Assembly: GCF_009914755.1 (NCBI RefSeq)
Contig: NC_060941.1
Source of the DNA: the human T2T-CHM13v2.0 reference genome, Homo sapiens
Strand: one strand, 5' to 3'
DNA: 64,000 nt
The position numbers were made by a program, and so were the translations under genes. Positions within the stretch are counted from its first letter, which is position 1, and each line of letters opens with the position of its first letter. A model generated the notes under the pieces. That model was not told where the DNA came from, searched no databases, and saw only the letters and a program-made list of their open reading frames with translations. Positions 1 to 18,050 of the stretch are shown here, piece by piece.

Positions 1-489
1 GAACTAGCAGCTGCGGGTCACCCACTGCAGGCCGCTCCTGGCAGGGGAGCAGTAACAACTTGGTCCTGAGCCTGAGCTGCTGCAGGATTTACTACTACCT
101 GCTTTTCTTGGATCTCACAACTACAGAAAGCGTTGGAGAAAGGATTTTGAATTTGTCCCAAGAAAATAATTCAAAAGAAGAAAAGCACTACAGGCAAGAA
201 GGTGTCCACTGGTATGGTAGTGACACTAATCACCAACAACCTAGAAGTCCAGTAATGAGAAAAACCAACATTTGCCCTGCATTTCACATTACTCCGCCTG
301 CCTCCTCACGATTACCCTGTGAGCTGGGTAGGCACTTGGTCCAAGTTTACACAATGAGTGAGTAGCCGAGCTAGACTTTAAGCCTGAGCTCTCTCAACTA
401 CGCCACTATGATGGTATTCTCTCCCTCTGATTTAACCACTTGTTTTATGCAAGTTAAGTTAGTTACAAATGCCTTCTACTGATTGCTGG

Positions 490-640
490 CTTACTCTGTG
501 CAGGGCATTGTACCAGATGTGCCACAGACGGGCTCTCATCAAGTCTTTCTCCAAACCCTGTGAGATGGATATTATTTTAAAGATGAAGAAACTGAGGCTC
601 AGAGTGGATAAATTATTTGCCCAGATCACAAATGTGTTTT
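490..640. mobile_element. MIR fragment
   Basis: MIR core agatgaagaaactgaggctcagag...tttgcccagatcaca. Confidence 0.7.
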
Positions 641-696
641 AGGTTTTGTCTGATTATTATAACTATCACAATGATGAATTACATTTTGATTCCAGC

Positions 697-1747
<1,051 letters not shown>

Positions 1748-2166
1748 CTTTTTTCTTTTTAAAAATTATTTCCTTGGAATAAATGAAAATTATTTCTCCT
1801 CTCTGAGCCTCAGTCTATCTGCAAATAGTGACTACTCTGTAGGGTTATAGGAGAATGAGGTGAGGTGTCCTATGTAAAAGGACCAGGCAAAGATTGGCAT
1901 TTAATGAGTCTCCATCAGTGTGGGGTTCCTGCCTTCCTTTTGGGACCCTTGAGAGCAGCTTCTGTATTTGCTCATCATTTTAGTCAACAAGATGGTTCAG
2001 GGCTGGGTGGATGCTTGACCACATATGCAGATGGCTCAGAGCTGGGAGAGTAAATGAATACAGCAAATGCAAAATAGAGTCTGCAGGGTCCTCACTTGGC
2101 CAGGGCAGGCAGAATGACTGTTTTCTAGAGCTACTGTAAAGTCCTACATTTGGGTTTTGAAAATCA

Positions 2167-2478
<312 letters not shown>

Positions 2479-2766
2479 TCAGTGGCACAATTATGCAATG
2501 GTGGGTGACTAGGCTTTCCTTACAGTTCATGGGGCATAGACCTAGGGGTTTTAGTCAACCACAAGATCAAAAGAAAATTGTCTGTGAGATACATCCGTTA
2601 AAATACTAATGGCATCTTGGGCAGGAATCAGGGACAGTGTCCATCACACAGGGGGAAACAGTCCCACTGCACAACCACATCTAGAGTGTTCTGACCCATT
2701 CTAGGACCCATATTTTAGGAAGGACACTGATATATTGGAGTATATACAGAGAAAGGATGGGGAAGG

Positions 2767-3328
2767 TGACAGAGCAGGAGCACCGTCATCTCAGACAGAC
2801 ACCGTCACTTTAAGTTCCAGCTGCCTTTCTAGCCTCATGCATTTCAGGGAAATCACTTCTTTTCTAACTACAAACAGCCAGAAAGAGCAGACAGTAAAAC
2901 AGATAAGACAGCTTGGGCACAAAGGGAGGTGGGGGAAAGTCTCTTGGGTAACTGCCAAACTTTCCCCTCATACAATAAGGCCCCAGTAAAATAGTGGGCC
3001 TTAATAAGCACATTCCTTTCCCTTCAGGTGCACTAAGACAGGGAAGCTAAAAGCAGACTCAGGGGTATGCCTGCAGCTGCACAAAGATGTATGGGAACAG
3101 ACACACAACTCTCCCTCCCAGATAAGCACAACAACAAGACACAGAAGCATTCCAAGCCTCTGATAAACTCTCCCACCCTGAATCCTTAAAAACTCTTAGT
3201 CTGTAAGAGAGTGTGCCTCCCACCTAACTCAGCCAGAAGCTCCTCTCATGTTTGTTTTCTCTAAAATAAACCTGTCTTGACTGGTGAGCCACCTTTCATG
3301 TTTCCTTCCTCTTTCTTTAATTCTTACA
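2767..3328 (+). mobile_element. ERV1-class solo LTR (LTR19-like), 562 bp
   Basis: TG...CA termini; GAAGG target-site duplication (TSD) at 2762-2766 and 3329-3333; AATAAA near 3265; subfamily from memory. Confidence 0.85.
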
Positions 3329-3375
3329 GAAGGGTCTGGAAATAAATGGAGGCTGAAGGAACTGAGATGCTGAGC

Positions 3376-3840
3376 TGTGTATTAGTTATTAATTGCTGTG
3401 TAACAGGTTATCCCCAAACTTGCTGGCTTAAGAAACCATACACGTATTATCTCACAGTGCCTGTGGGTCAGGAATCTGGTATGAGTGCTCTGCTCAGGGT
3501 CTCACAAGGCTGCAGTCAGGGCTTTGGTCAGGGCTGTGGTTCAGGGGAGGAGGATTCGCTTCAAAGCTCATTCTCGTGGCTGTTGACCAGAGACATTAGT
3601 TCCTGCCCTGTGCTAGGCAGCTCGACATGACAGTTGGCTTCCCCCAGAGTGACGGCTCTGAGGGACAGGAAGAAAGAGCGAGCAAGATGGAAGTCACAGA
3701 CTTTTGGTCACCTAATCTTGGAAGTGACAGCCCACCACTCTTACCCTGTTCTGTTTGTCACTATGTCCAGCTGACACTCAAGAGGAGGGGGTACGAGAGG
3801 TGGGGCTCCTTGGAAGCCACCTTAGAGGCTGCCTACCACA
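3376..3840 (-). mobile_element. MLT1 (MaLR) LTR
   Basis: tgtattagttattaattgctgtgtaac...ggcttaa and gaggctgcctaccaca ends. Confidence 0.7.
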
Positions 3841-4574
3841 GGGGAGGAGGAGGGAATACGAGGTGGGAGGGGAGGACAGAGGACAGACATGCTCTTTATT
3901 AAGAAGGGGCGGCTGTTGAATTGCATGTGGATTGTGGACATAGAGGGGAGAACTCATGAGTGAGAAATGGCAGGGAGGCCTATTCAGCTGGTGTGTCAGT
4001 TACAACTGCCCAATAATGGAAAGGACTGCCTAGGTAGATAGTGAGCTCCCTGTCACTGGTTGTATCCAAGCAGAAGCTGATGCCCTGTCAGGGAAGTGGT
4101 AGAGAAGGTTCTGCTTTGGGGGGCAGGCTGTACCGTCAGGCAAGCCTCTGATTTTCTGCCGTTTGAACTTTCAGGTATTTGGAATTTAGGAATGATTAGT
4201 GAAGCAATCTCTACCTAATCATAGCAGAATCTACTTAAATAGTAAGCTCTTTCACTTTTTGAAAGTAGGATTTTCTACAACGTGGTAGCAAGTGGGTGGG
4301 ACTATCTTTTGAGCCTCTGTAATAGGCCAAGTACTGTATCACTTACTCCTGCTAACAACTCTCCCATCTCACAGTCAAGCTCCTAGGATTAATATGGTGG
4401 CTCCAGAGTGATGGGGACCCAGGCTCCTTCTTTCTTTTGCTCAGCCAGCCTTAGAGCATTGCCTTTGTCTGCATGGCCCAAGACAGCTCTCCACCACTTC
4501 TGTATTCCCAAGCAAGGATAAAAGAAGGGTGTAGGAAAAGGTCTGACTATTTTTTATATTTGTCTGCGGACAGT

Positions 4575-5355
<781 letters not shown>

Positions 5356-5448
5356 GCAAATCCCAGGAGTTCCCTTCTTTGGTGTCAGCAGGAAGTTCAA
5401 GTCACAAACTTGATCCCTCACGCCAGCCCCACCCCCACCCCAATTTTA

Positions 5449-7223
<1,775 letters not shown>

Positions 7224-7393
7224 ACATGACCAAATCTAACTGCAAGCAAGGCTGGGAAATATAGTCTCTCTTGGGCAGCCATATGCTCAGCTGAAATTCT
7301 AGTCTGTCGTTAATGGAAGAAGAGGAGGATGGATATTTGGGGCCACATCACCTTTCTGTTGAGGCAGAAACTAAGACACAGAAAGGCTAAATA

Positions 7394-7990
7394 GGCCGGG
7401 CACAGTGGCTCACACCTGTAATCCCAGCACTTTGGGAGGTGGAAGTGGGCAGATCACTTGAAGCCAGGAGTTCAAGACCAGCCCAGCCAACATGGTGAAA
7501 CCCCATCTCTATAAAAATACAAAAATTAGCCAGGTGTGGTGGTGTGCACCTGTAGTCCCAGCTACTCAGGAGGCTGAGGAACAAGAATTTCTTGAACCTG
7601 GGAGGTGGAGGTTGCAGTGAGCTGAGATCACGCCAGCCTGGGTGGCAGAGCAAGACTCTGTCTCAAAAAAAAAAAGAAAACAAAACAAAAGAAAAAGCCT
7701 GGTGCAGTGGCTCAGGCCGTAATCCCAGCACTTTAGGAGGCCAAGGATCAGCTGAGATCAGGAGTTTGAGACCAGCCTGGCCTGCATGGTGAAACCCCAT
7801 CTCTACTAAAAATACAAAAAAAGGTAGCCAGGCGTGGTGGCGCACGCCTGCAGTCCCAGCTACTCAGGAGGCTGAGGTAGAAGAATCACTTGAACCCGGG
7901 AGGCAGAGGTTACAGTGAGCTGAGATCGTGCCACTGCACTCTAGCCTGGGTGACAGAGTGAGACTGTGTCTCAAAAAAAAAAAAAAAAAA
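7394..7990 (+). mobile_element. Two tandem Alus
   Basis: Alu consensus; flanking aaggctaaat duplication. Confidence 0.93.
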
Positions 7991-8070
7991 AGGCTAAATG
8001 AATTGCCCAAGGCCACAGAGTCAGAACTCCATGCCATCAGTCCTGGTGCCATTGCAGAGAGAAGTGCCAC

Positions 8071-8531
8071 TGTTACCAAAACACTAGGCATTTGGTCTAG
8101 GTCCTGCTGTTCGCCACATAGAAAGCTAATGATGACTGAGATGACAAATATTGTCAAGGAAGAAGGCTGTAATCGGGTCCTACAGCTGAGAAGTTGGGAG
8201 CTCAGTCTCAAATCCATCTCCCCAGTGGACTAAAACTAGGGGTTTATATAGCAGGGAAGAAATGTAACAATGTTCAAGATAACAGGAACTAGGGAGGGGC
8301 AAGGAAGCAATCATAATGAATAAGGAATGGGCATCTATCTCAATGTCCGGATGTGGCGATCTGGTGAGTTTCAGTTCTTTGATACTTTTTTTTTTTTTTT
8401 TTAGAGGCCTGAACTTCTTTTCCTGAGGAAGGAACTCAGATAAAAACAAATGTAAGTTTCAAGCTTTAAGACCAGAAGGGGCAATATCTATGTTTATCCA
8501 AAAAAACTGTCTGTTTATTGGGTAGGTCTCA
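8071..8531 (-). mobile_element. ERV1 MER4-group solo LTR
   Basis: TGTTACC...CA ends; CCAC TSD at 8067-8070 and 8532-8535. Confidence 0.75.
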
Positions 8532-9099
8532 CCACTTTGTCTCCTGAATGTCTTCCCGAGGAGACTCTGATCTCCTTGAGGGCAGGGCATGTGCCTTTCC
8601 TGTCTGGAAGGCACCTAGTAAATGCCCAATAAGCATTGGTTGTTATTGTGAAAGAGCAGTAACTGATTCACAGCTGCTTCCATAGCACTTCCTGGACTCC
8701 AGCACTCACTCCGGACCAGGCTCAAGTTTCTGGATGGGTAGGAGGGCTGGCTGGGAACAAAAGAAAACAAAGGAAAGCTGATTTGGTTCTTTGTTCTGTG
8801 TAGCCCTGTGCTAAGCTTCCCCGTCCTCCAGCAGCTTGCACAGACCCTGGTTCCAGCACTTGGAGTTTTACTGCAATAATGCTCCATTATTGCTGTGTTA
8901 GAGTGTTATTATGTATTTCCATGTCTGTCCCTCCCCCTAGACTGGAAATGCCTTAAGGTTTCTTTAGTCCCAGGACCTAGATCAGTGCCTGGCATATAAC
9001 AGGTGTCTTGTAAATGACCGTTGACTTCATGAGTGGGTTTTATGTATTGTATTGTACTGTAGTGTATTCTAGAGTATTGTATTCTAGAATATTGTATAT

Positions 9100-9519
9100 G
9101 TTTGAGACAGTCTCACTCTGTCACCCAGGCTGGAGTGCAGTGGCATGATCTGAGCTCACTGCAACCTCCACCTCCCAGGTTTAAGTGATTCTTGTGCCTC
9201 AGCTTCCCAACATAGCTGGGATTACAGGCGTGCACCACCACACCCAGCTAATTTTTGTAAGTTTAGTAGAGATGGGGTTTCACCATGTTGGCCAGGCTGG
9301 ACTTGAACTCCTGGCGTCAAGCAATCTGTCCGCCTCAGCCTCCCAAAGTGCTGGGATTACAGGCATGAGCCACCACGCCCAGCCAAATTTTTGCATTTTT
9401 ATAGAGACGGGGTTTTGCCATGTTGGCCAGACAGGTCTTGAACTCCTGGCCTGAAATTATCCACCTGCCTCGGCTTCCCAAAGTGCTGTGATTACAGGCA
9501 TGAGCCACTGCACCTGGCC
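9100..9519 (-). mobile_element. Alu plus an additional left monomer
   Basis: Left arm appears twice (~9250-9385 and 9386-9519). Confidence 0.85.
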
Positions 9520-9599
9520 TGCATGAGTGAAGAACTGAAAAAGGAGGACAGAAGGAAGGTTGGGGACAGGATCGAGGTTTAGCAGGGTGTCAGAACCAC

Positions 9600-10640
9600 C
9601 GTACTAGCCAGTTTTACTGCAATAATGCTCCATGACAAGCCCTCCCAGAACACTGGCTTACATCAACCAGTGTTTATTCACATATTTTCCCCACTCATGA
9701 GTCTGTGAGTGGGGAGTCGCCACTCATAAGGCTGGCTCTGCTGGGGCTGAGCTATACTTGGCTCTGGGCTTAACCTTAGGTATGCTCCGTGTGTTTCTTC
9801 CCTTTCTTGGGCAAGTTGCTGTTTGGCATGTGCCCTTCTCATGGTGAATGGCAGGAGTGGAAACATGGTGCCACTTCAGGCTTTACCTTGGAACTGGCAT
9901 GCTGTTGCTTCTCACATCCCATTGGCCCAAACTGGTCACATGGCCAAGCCCAATGCTGCTGGGTAGGGAAATATATTCCACCCACTCTCCTGCTCCAAGG
10001 TCACAAGGTAAGTCACATGAAGAGCTGAAGAACAATCTACCACAGCTTCCCTGAAACAAAACCCAGAACCTCTTATGTTCCTCCAGTGAGAAACTCTAGA
10101 AGAGTGGCTGCTGGTCCCTGAGTGCCACTTGTGGTCCTGATAGCCCTTTCCTCCTGGGTTTATGGCAGAAAGAGACAATTGTCCCCATTGCCCATTGCCC
10201 CTTTCTTTCTTTTAGTAATAGAACACTCCAGGTTTTAGTTAGGCATGTGGTGCCCACTAGGGGCCACATTTCCCAGCCTCCTTTGCAGCTAGATGTGATC
10301 ATGTGACTAAGCTGTGGCCAATGGGATGATGCACAAATGCCACAGGCACCTCCTGATGACAGTTGGTATGAGGAAGCTGCATGTCCTCCCTTCCTCTGTC
10401 CTCCTTGCCTTGGGCTGGAATGTGGGCTCACATGGATGGTGAGGTAGCTTCAGCCATGAAGACAAGGACAACACTCCAGGATGACGGAGTAACACAGCAG
10501 AAGGAATCTGGGTGTTCACACAAGCTCCTGGTGTTTGCCCTGGTTGCCTGCCCAACCCTGGTCCCTAAAGTGAGAGAAAAATAAAATTCTCTTCTGTGTT
10601 ATATTTTTGTTTCTTCCAGCATCTTAGCCTGTATCTCAAC
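9600..10640. mobile_element. Two old MLT1 LTR relics in opposite orientation (~9600-10040 and ~10180-10640)
   Basis: cattggccc...gtcacatggccaagccc and gcagctagatgtgatcatgtgactaag motifs. Confidence 0.6.
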
Positions 10641-11596
10641 TCACATAAAGTCCCTCACTTGTCATCCCTTTGCTGCCCCTGCTCTGGCACCTAAACACCC
10701 CTTGCCTACCTTTTATCTCCCATTCACCAACGTGTGGACCCAAATCCCTTTTCTTGATTTTCCTTAGCAAAATGGAGACAGGATGGAGTTTTTAAAAATC
10801 GTAAACTACAAAGAGTAGTCAACGGCAAAATAGAACCCAAGAAATGAAGCAGAAAGCAATCAAGTTTCCATCACAGAGATACCTCGCCCCATCATGGCCA
10901 TTACCCAGGGCAGTGTGATTGGGCTTTGCCCAGGGGGCTGGAAATTTAGAGGATATGGAATTTAAAACAATAATTGCGGAAAGTGATGAAAGTGAAACTG
11001 TTGTGACATTTTTAACATTTTGACAGCACATGCACCCCTGCATGACACAGAAACAAAGGGATTTGGCCCTTCCATAGGAAGCTTCCAGAAGGCCTGTGGT
11101 TAATAACACCTCCTTCATGATTCCTAGATGGAAAACCAAAGTTGGTTTGAGGGTGTGTTTCAGACCCTTGCCTGAGGCAGCCGAAGTGCCAGTTAGAGCT
11201 CTGTGTCCTACCAAAGGTGACTCACCCCATGGACTCTGCACCTTTTCACTCTCACCTTTCAGAATTTCCAACTATTCCGATTTCATGGCCACTTTTATGG
11301 AGCTTCTTGATCCGCAAACTTCAGGCTACTTCCCTCCAACCCACATCATCTTATCTCCTGCCCTCTCTGACCTGGGCTCCTGGCCATGACATTTCTTTCT
11401 TGGCCAAGACCAGGAAAGTTCCCCCTAACTCTCTGGAACCCTTCTTCATCATGCCAGGTTCCATTCACAGTGACTTGTGTCATCCCTAGACCATTGCCAG
11501 GAATCTGATGATGAGTCCAAGAAATAACCTGTGACCCATATTTTCCAGAGTCCTGCAGGAATTTGACATTTGTAGATCTCAAAGTCTCACAATTGC

Positions 11597-12134
<538 letters not shown>

Positions 12135-15100
12135 GGGAGGAAGAAATATTAAGGGAACATCTAGTATGTGCTAGATATTTTCCTATTTTCTTTCTCATCT
12201 AGCTGCAAGATCATATGATAACATGAGACAGCAGAGAGGAGAAGACCCCTGTCTCACAGCCAGTAAGTGGTAGGGCTGAGGTTTGAACTCGGGTTTCTCC
12301 AACTCCAAAGCCTGGGCTCTTTCCTTCATGCAGTCTCCACACAAGAACTTGCACAGGTGCTCAAGGGTGCTGAGGAGGAGTGTTTGGTTGAAGATGCAAG
12401 AAGAGAGAGAGATTAAATGGGAGTGGGCTTAGATGAGGGAGGAAGAAGATGATGGGGAAGGAAGGTGGCAGACGGACTGAGTGATGGAGAAGGGAGGTGG
12501 GGGAGGGAAGGGTCACAGGGTTCTGCTTTGACAGGGATTTGGGATCCCAAGAATGGAGCTTTTTTTCCACACTGTGCCTTGCTGGAATCACCTCACGTCC
12601 CCACATGCGATGAGCTCATCCTTCTCTTGGCACCACCTGCCTCTCATCTTGGCCCTGGCTGGGACGCACCAACGTTTCTGCAGGAGGAATAAAGCAATAA
12701 CAGGAATCTCATTTTTCTCCTTAAAATAATATCTCTCTGTTCTGCCAGCAAGCAGGGAGCTACTCCTGCCAGCACTCCAGTGGGAAGCCTGTTCCCAATC
12801 CGATAGGATTAGTCTGATACTGGCTTCCCAGGAGCCCCCAGTAGCCAAGGCAGCCCTCAGGTGACCTTGAGCTCCTGGCTACAGATCCCCTGATGTCCTT
12901 CTCAGCCCCCAGATAGTCACTCACCTCCATGCCTCCATCCCAGGCTCTCCAGGGCAAAGGGATGCTATTCTCACTAGTCCCAGGCTCCCCTAGCTGGTAG
13001 CTCCTTCACCATCTCTCTAGGACCTAACCAATTTCCTACAAGGAAAGGATCACTGGAAAAACCATTTTGAACAGGAAGAATTTAATTTTTTTGCAACAGG
13101 CTTTCCCCTCTTTAAAGAAAAGAAAGAAAAAAGAGTCCTCATTTACCTAAAGGTCTGAGTGCCTGGAAATTTCTTCCCTGTGTGCACATTACCCACTTCC
13201 TGGCTGCAGGGATGGAAGGACTCGGAGAATTCGAAGGATATTAAACAGATTCATAATGGACTCAGCAGTATAAACATGTCTCAAGTGCAGACAGAAATGC
13301 CACAAGCTCCTACTTGGTTTAATGAAAACATACACCAGTTGTGTCTGTGTTCCCATTTTACAAATAAACAAGGTGGGGAGATGGACTCGGAAATTGTCCC
13401 TGGGGAGCCAGGTGCCTCTGTTCATTGCAATTTCAATGGCTTCTCCTGCCCACAAACAACTCGGAAAAGAACGCTTAATGTAGCCTTGCAGATCAGTGCC
13501 AAAAGGCACAGCAAATGGGAGACGCCTGGCCAAATGGTCCGCAGCCATTCCTGTTCTTTGTGGTGATGCTCCGCGTGGCTGGGGGCTCAGGGGCCCCGAA
13601 GACGGTGTTACCAACCGAACAGCTCCAGGCAGCAGGATGTACACAGGACGGTGCATTGGGAGGCCTGGGTTCAAATCCAGCTTCTGTTCCCACTGCCAGC
13701 AGGCTATGCCATCCCAGGCACCTGACTCCACCCCTCTGCCTCCAGCCAGGTTTGCCTCATCTGTGAAACGGGGTAACAATCCCAGACCTGTGTCGCCGCA
13801 TGATCGCAAGGGCTCTCTGAGACAAGGTGGGCCAATGTCCTGGGTTAAGATGTAAATGACTTCAGGAATGGCCATTTTTCTCATTTTAATTCAAAATCAG
13901 TATTTCCTATTACTGGTTCTTTCAAATCTAGAGCTGGAGGGACTGTGTCACAGTCAGAAAGTCTAAACAAGTCGAGGCAGGATCATTGACTCAAAGGCCA
14001 GCATGACTAATTTGGCCCCATAGCTAGTTAGTTCGGTGCTAGGAACATCCACCAAACCAGTGAGCTGGCTGGGTTGACCCGTGGGTTTGGTCAAAACGGC
14101 TGCCTGGTTGTTCCAGCAGAGGCACGGCCCACATCTGGACAGGGAAGGAAGATAGATGTGGACATTGGAGCCAGCATGCCTGGGTGTTGCTGTGTGACAT
14201 GAGGCAAATTCTTGAACCCTCCTGTGTCCTGGGCTCCTCATTTGCCAAATAGGGACTAATAGAAGGCCCTCAAAGGAGACTTGGAGGATGAAATGGTGGA
14301 GTTGTGTGAAGCGCCCTGGACAGTACCAGCCCCCAGCAAGTGCTCTGCAAGTGTTAGGTAATATTTGTGTCAGGGGAACTCTAGGCATTAACAGCAAGAT
14401 GTTTCTAAAGAATAAAAGAAATTCTCAGATAAGGAAACCGAGGCTCCTAAGTGGGGCACGATTTGAGGAAGTTCACACAAGTTCAACTCGCATTCAACTG
14501 ACATTTTCCAGGCACCGTGATCATAGTAATCATCGCATGGTTAACATTCAGGGATCCCTTTCTCCATTCCAGGAAGAGTGCAAAAAATATCTTGTGCTTT
14601 AAAGAATCAAATTCTCACCTCTACTCTGTAGGGAAAACACCATTATGCCCATTTTACAGTTAAGGATATTGAGGCCCAGAGAGGGAAAGGACTTTTCCTG
14701 ACCTCAGGCAGCTGGTAGCTGGGATTAGCCCATTTTTCTTCCCCAGAATGCTCGCCACCTCTTTGGCTAGGCTTGGGCACCTGGTTCTTTATTCTTGGCC
14801 CAGACTCCAGTGCTCCCTGCTTCACTCCCTGTGGCTTCTTCCTCTGTACTTCAGGCTTCCCAGGGCCTGGGTGTGCAGTCTCACCCAGCGTGGGGACATG
14901 GGACAGGACAACTTTGAGCTCAGCCTGGGGCCTGGATCTGTGTCCAGGTGGGCGTCACTGTGTCTCCCCTAATCTCCTTGTCCAGCACTACATTTTTCAT
15001 TGTGCTTGGTGAGTGCTTGCAGCATTTTTCCCCCGCAGGTTTTTGGCCATGCTCATGTCCAAGGCTCTAAGGATTCTCTGTTCTCAGATAATAAATAACA

Positions 15101-15686
15101 AGTTTCTAAGTCTTCCAGAGAGGTGGGAAGGGAGATGCTCAGCAGCTCCAAGGCCTGAAGAGGCCTTGGACCTAACCCAAGAGTTCCTGGCATCCTGGTT
15201 CATCTGTCCCCAAAGATACCTACTTTCCCACCTCTCTGGCTGGTGTGTACATTATCCCCAAATTCTTCCCAAGGAAAATAAAAAACAAGAGTGGAGAATC
15301 AGAGAGAGAGAGAGAGGGGAAAAAAATACCAAACCCTTGGGAAGAGAATAATTATTCCTCTTACTCATCATCACTTTATAGTGTAGAGCAGAACCTACTG
15401 TCCTAGACCAGGCAAGAGAGGCCCCTGGCCTGAGTCTTCACTTTATAGCTGCTCTTGCTTTTGCCAGCCACGCCCCTCTCCATGGGGCGAGGAGTCCACA
15501 GGGAAGGGATGTGCCCGTCTGGAGCCAGCACCCGCTGATACACCGTGCTGGGTGTGCCTGGACCCTGGAATGTCCTGCCCCAATGGCCCTGAACCCACTT
15601 CCAGGATCTGCATGGGCTTCTTCCTGGAATCCATCTTCCCCAGGCCCCCGCCACCCCACCCCCAGTGTGTGCACCTCTGGGCTGAG

Positions 15687-15688
<2 letters not shown>

Positions 15689-15718
<30 letters not shown>
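15689..15718. repeat. (TG)n microsatellite
   Basis: Direct reading. Confidence 0.95.
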
Positions 15719-15720
<2 letters not shown>

Positions 15721-16197
15721 GACATTAGGGCTAAGGCATCCTCATGCATCTGCCTGAAGCCCTTGCTGTGCAGGACGGAGCTGGCAGGAGGAAGGGAAGG
15801 GAGAATGGGCCATGAGTAAGGGCCAAAGGCTGGCTTCTCCCCATGCTGGGGTGTTCTACATTGAATTCCAAAGAGTCCAGGGACTCCAAATTCAAACCTG
15901 GCCTTCCAGGGTGTTATGATAGAATATTTGTGAGAGTTGGAGGATAAAACATTTCATTTACGAGTTTACTAAAGTTGATTTTTTTTTAGCTCTTTAAGTA
16001 TTTAGACATATGTAGCTGAACTTCATCTACACTCTTGCCCCAGGCCCTGCAATTGTTAGGAGTTGGTCTGGTTTCCACATCCCTTTTCATCTCCCTACAG
16101 ACACATCTCCTTCAGTCACCATAGCTGGGTATAATCACTTGCACTTACAAACGAAGAAGGCTCTGAGGCTCCGGGAGGTTAAGAACTTGCCTGACTT

Positions 16198-16657
<460 letters not shown>

Positions 16658-16727
16658 TCAAGTGGAAGAGGCACATGCAGGCTTGGGGGCGGATATAATA
16701 AAACAGACTCACTCCAGCATGGGGGGA

Positions 16728-16843
16728 GAGCAACAAGGCTCTTGTTTCTCTTCCTTCTAAGTAGGTGCTCTTCCCCTGTCTTAATTGGGGGCAACCGAGA
16801 AGAGCACCTACTTAGAAGAAAGAAAAACGACAGCCTGTTGCTC
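16728..16843. repeat. Long inverted repeat (~46-bp stem, 20-bp perfect core, 25-nt loop)
   Basis: CTTCTAAGTAGGTGCTCTTC at 16754-16773 and its exact reverse complement at 16799-16818; the flanks continue to pair. Confidence 0.9.
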
Positions 16844-17274
16844 CTCAGATTGGTGATTCCTGATAGCTCCTGTTTCAAAACCATAACCTCATCAGGCCCC
16901 GCTTCCCAAAGCTCCCCTCTCCCAACAAACAGAGTTTTCCATTGTAGAGAAGGGAAGAAATGCGGCTCTAATCCCCTTCGTTCCATGATTTCATCTCCTT
17001 CTCTCTCTCTTCCCTGGGGACTCCAGGCAATCACGTGGAGGAGGGAAGGTGGGGCGGGGAGGGGAGCCAACACTGTCTTCGCATGATCTGGGGGGTCATC
17101 CAGGGCTTTGGGCAGAAATAGGGGAGCTGGAAGGTATAATCCATCCCCTCCCTAGCAGCCAAGAGAGCTGGAAAACTGGGAGTCTTCCATGAGGCCACCC
17201 TCCCTTAACCTCCCCACTGGCCCACATGCCACTGATTTCACCTCCTTGACTCTGTCCCCAGTCATGTATCATGA

Positions 17275-18050
<776 letters not shown>

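Noticed and set aside
60-365. 101-aa ORF at the window start as a possible pseudogene or exon
   Set aside because: TTG start, no recognisable homology, and it runs into MIR-like sequence.
13189-13884. 231-aa minus-strand ORF
   Set aside because: Partly MIR-derived, with no recognisable domain or splice structure.
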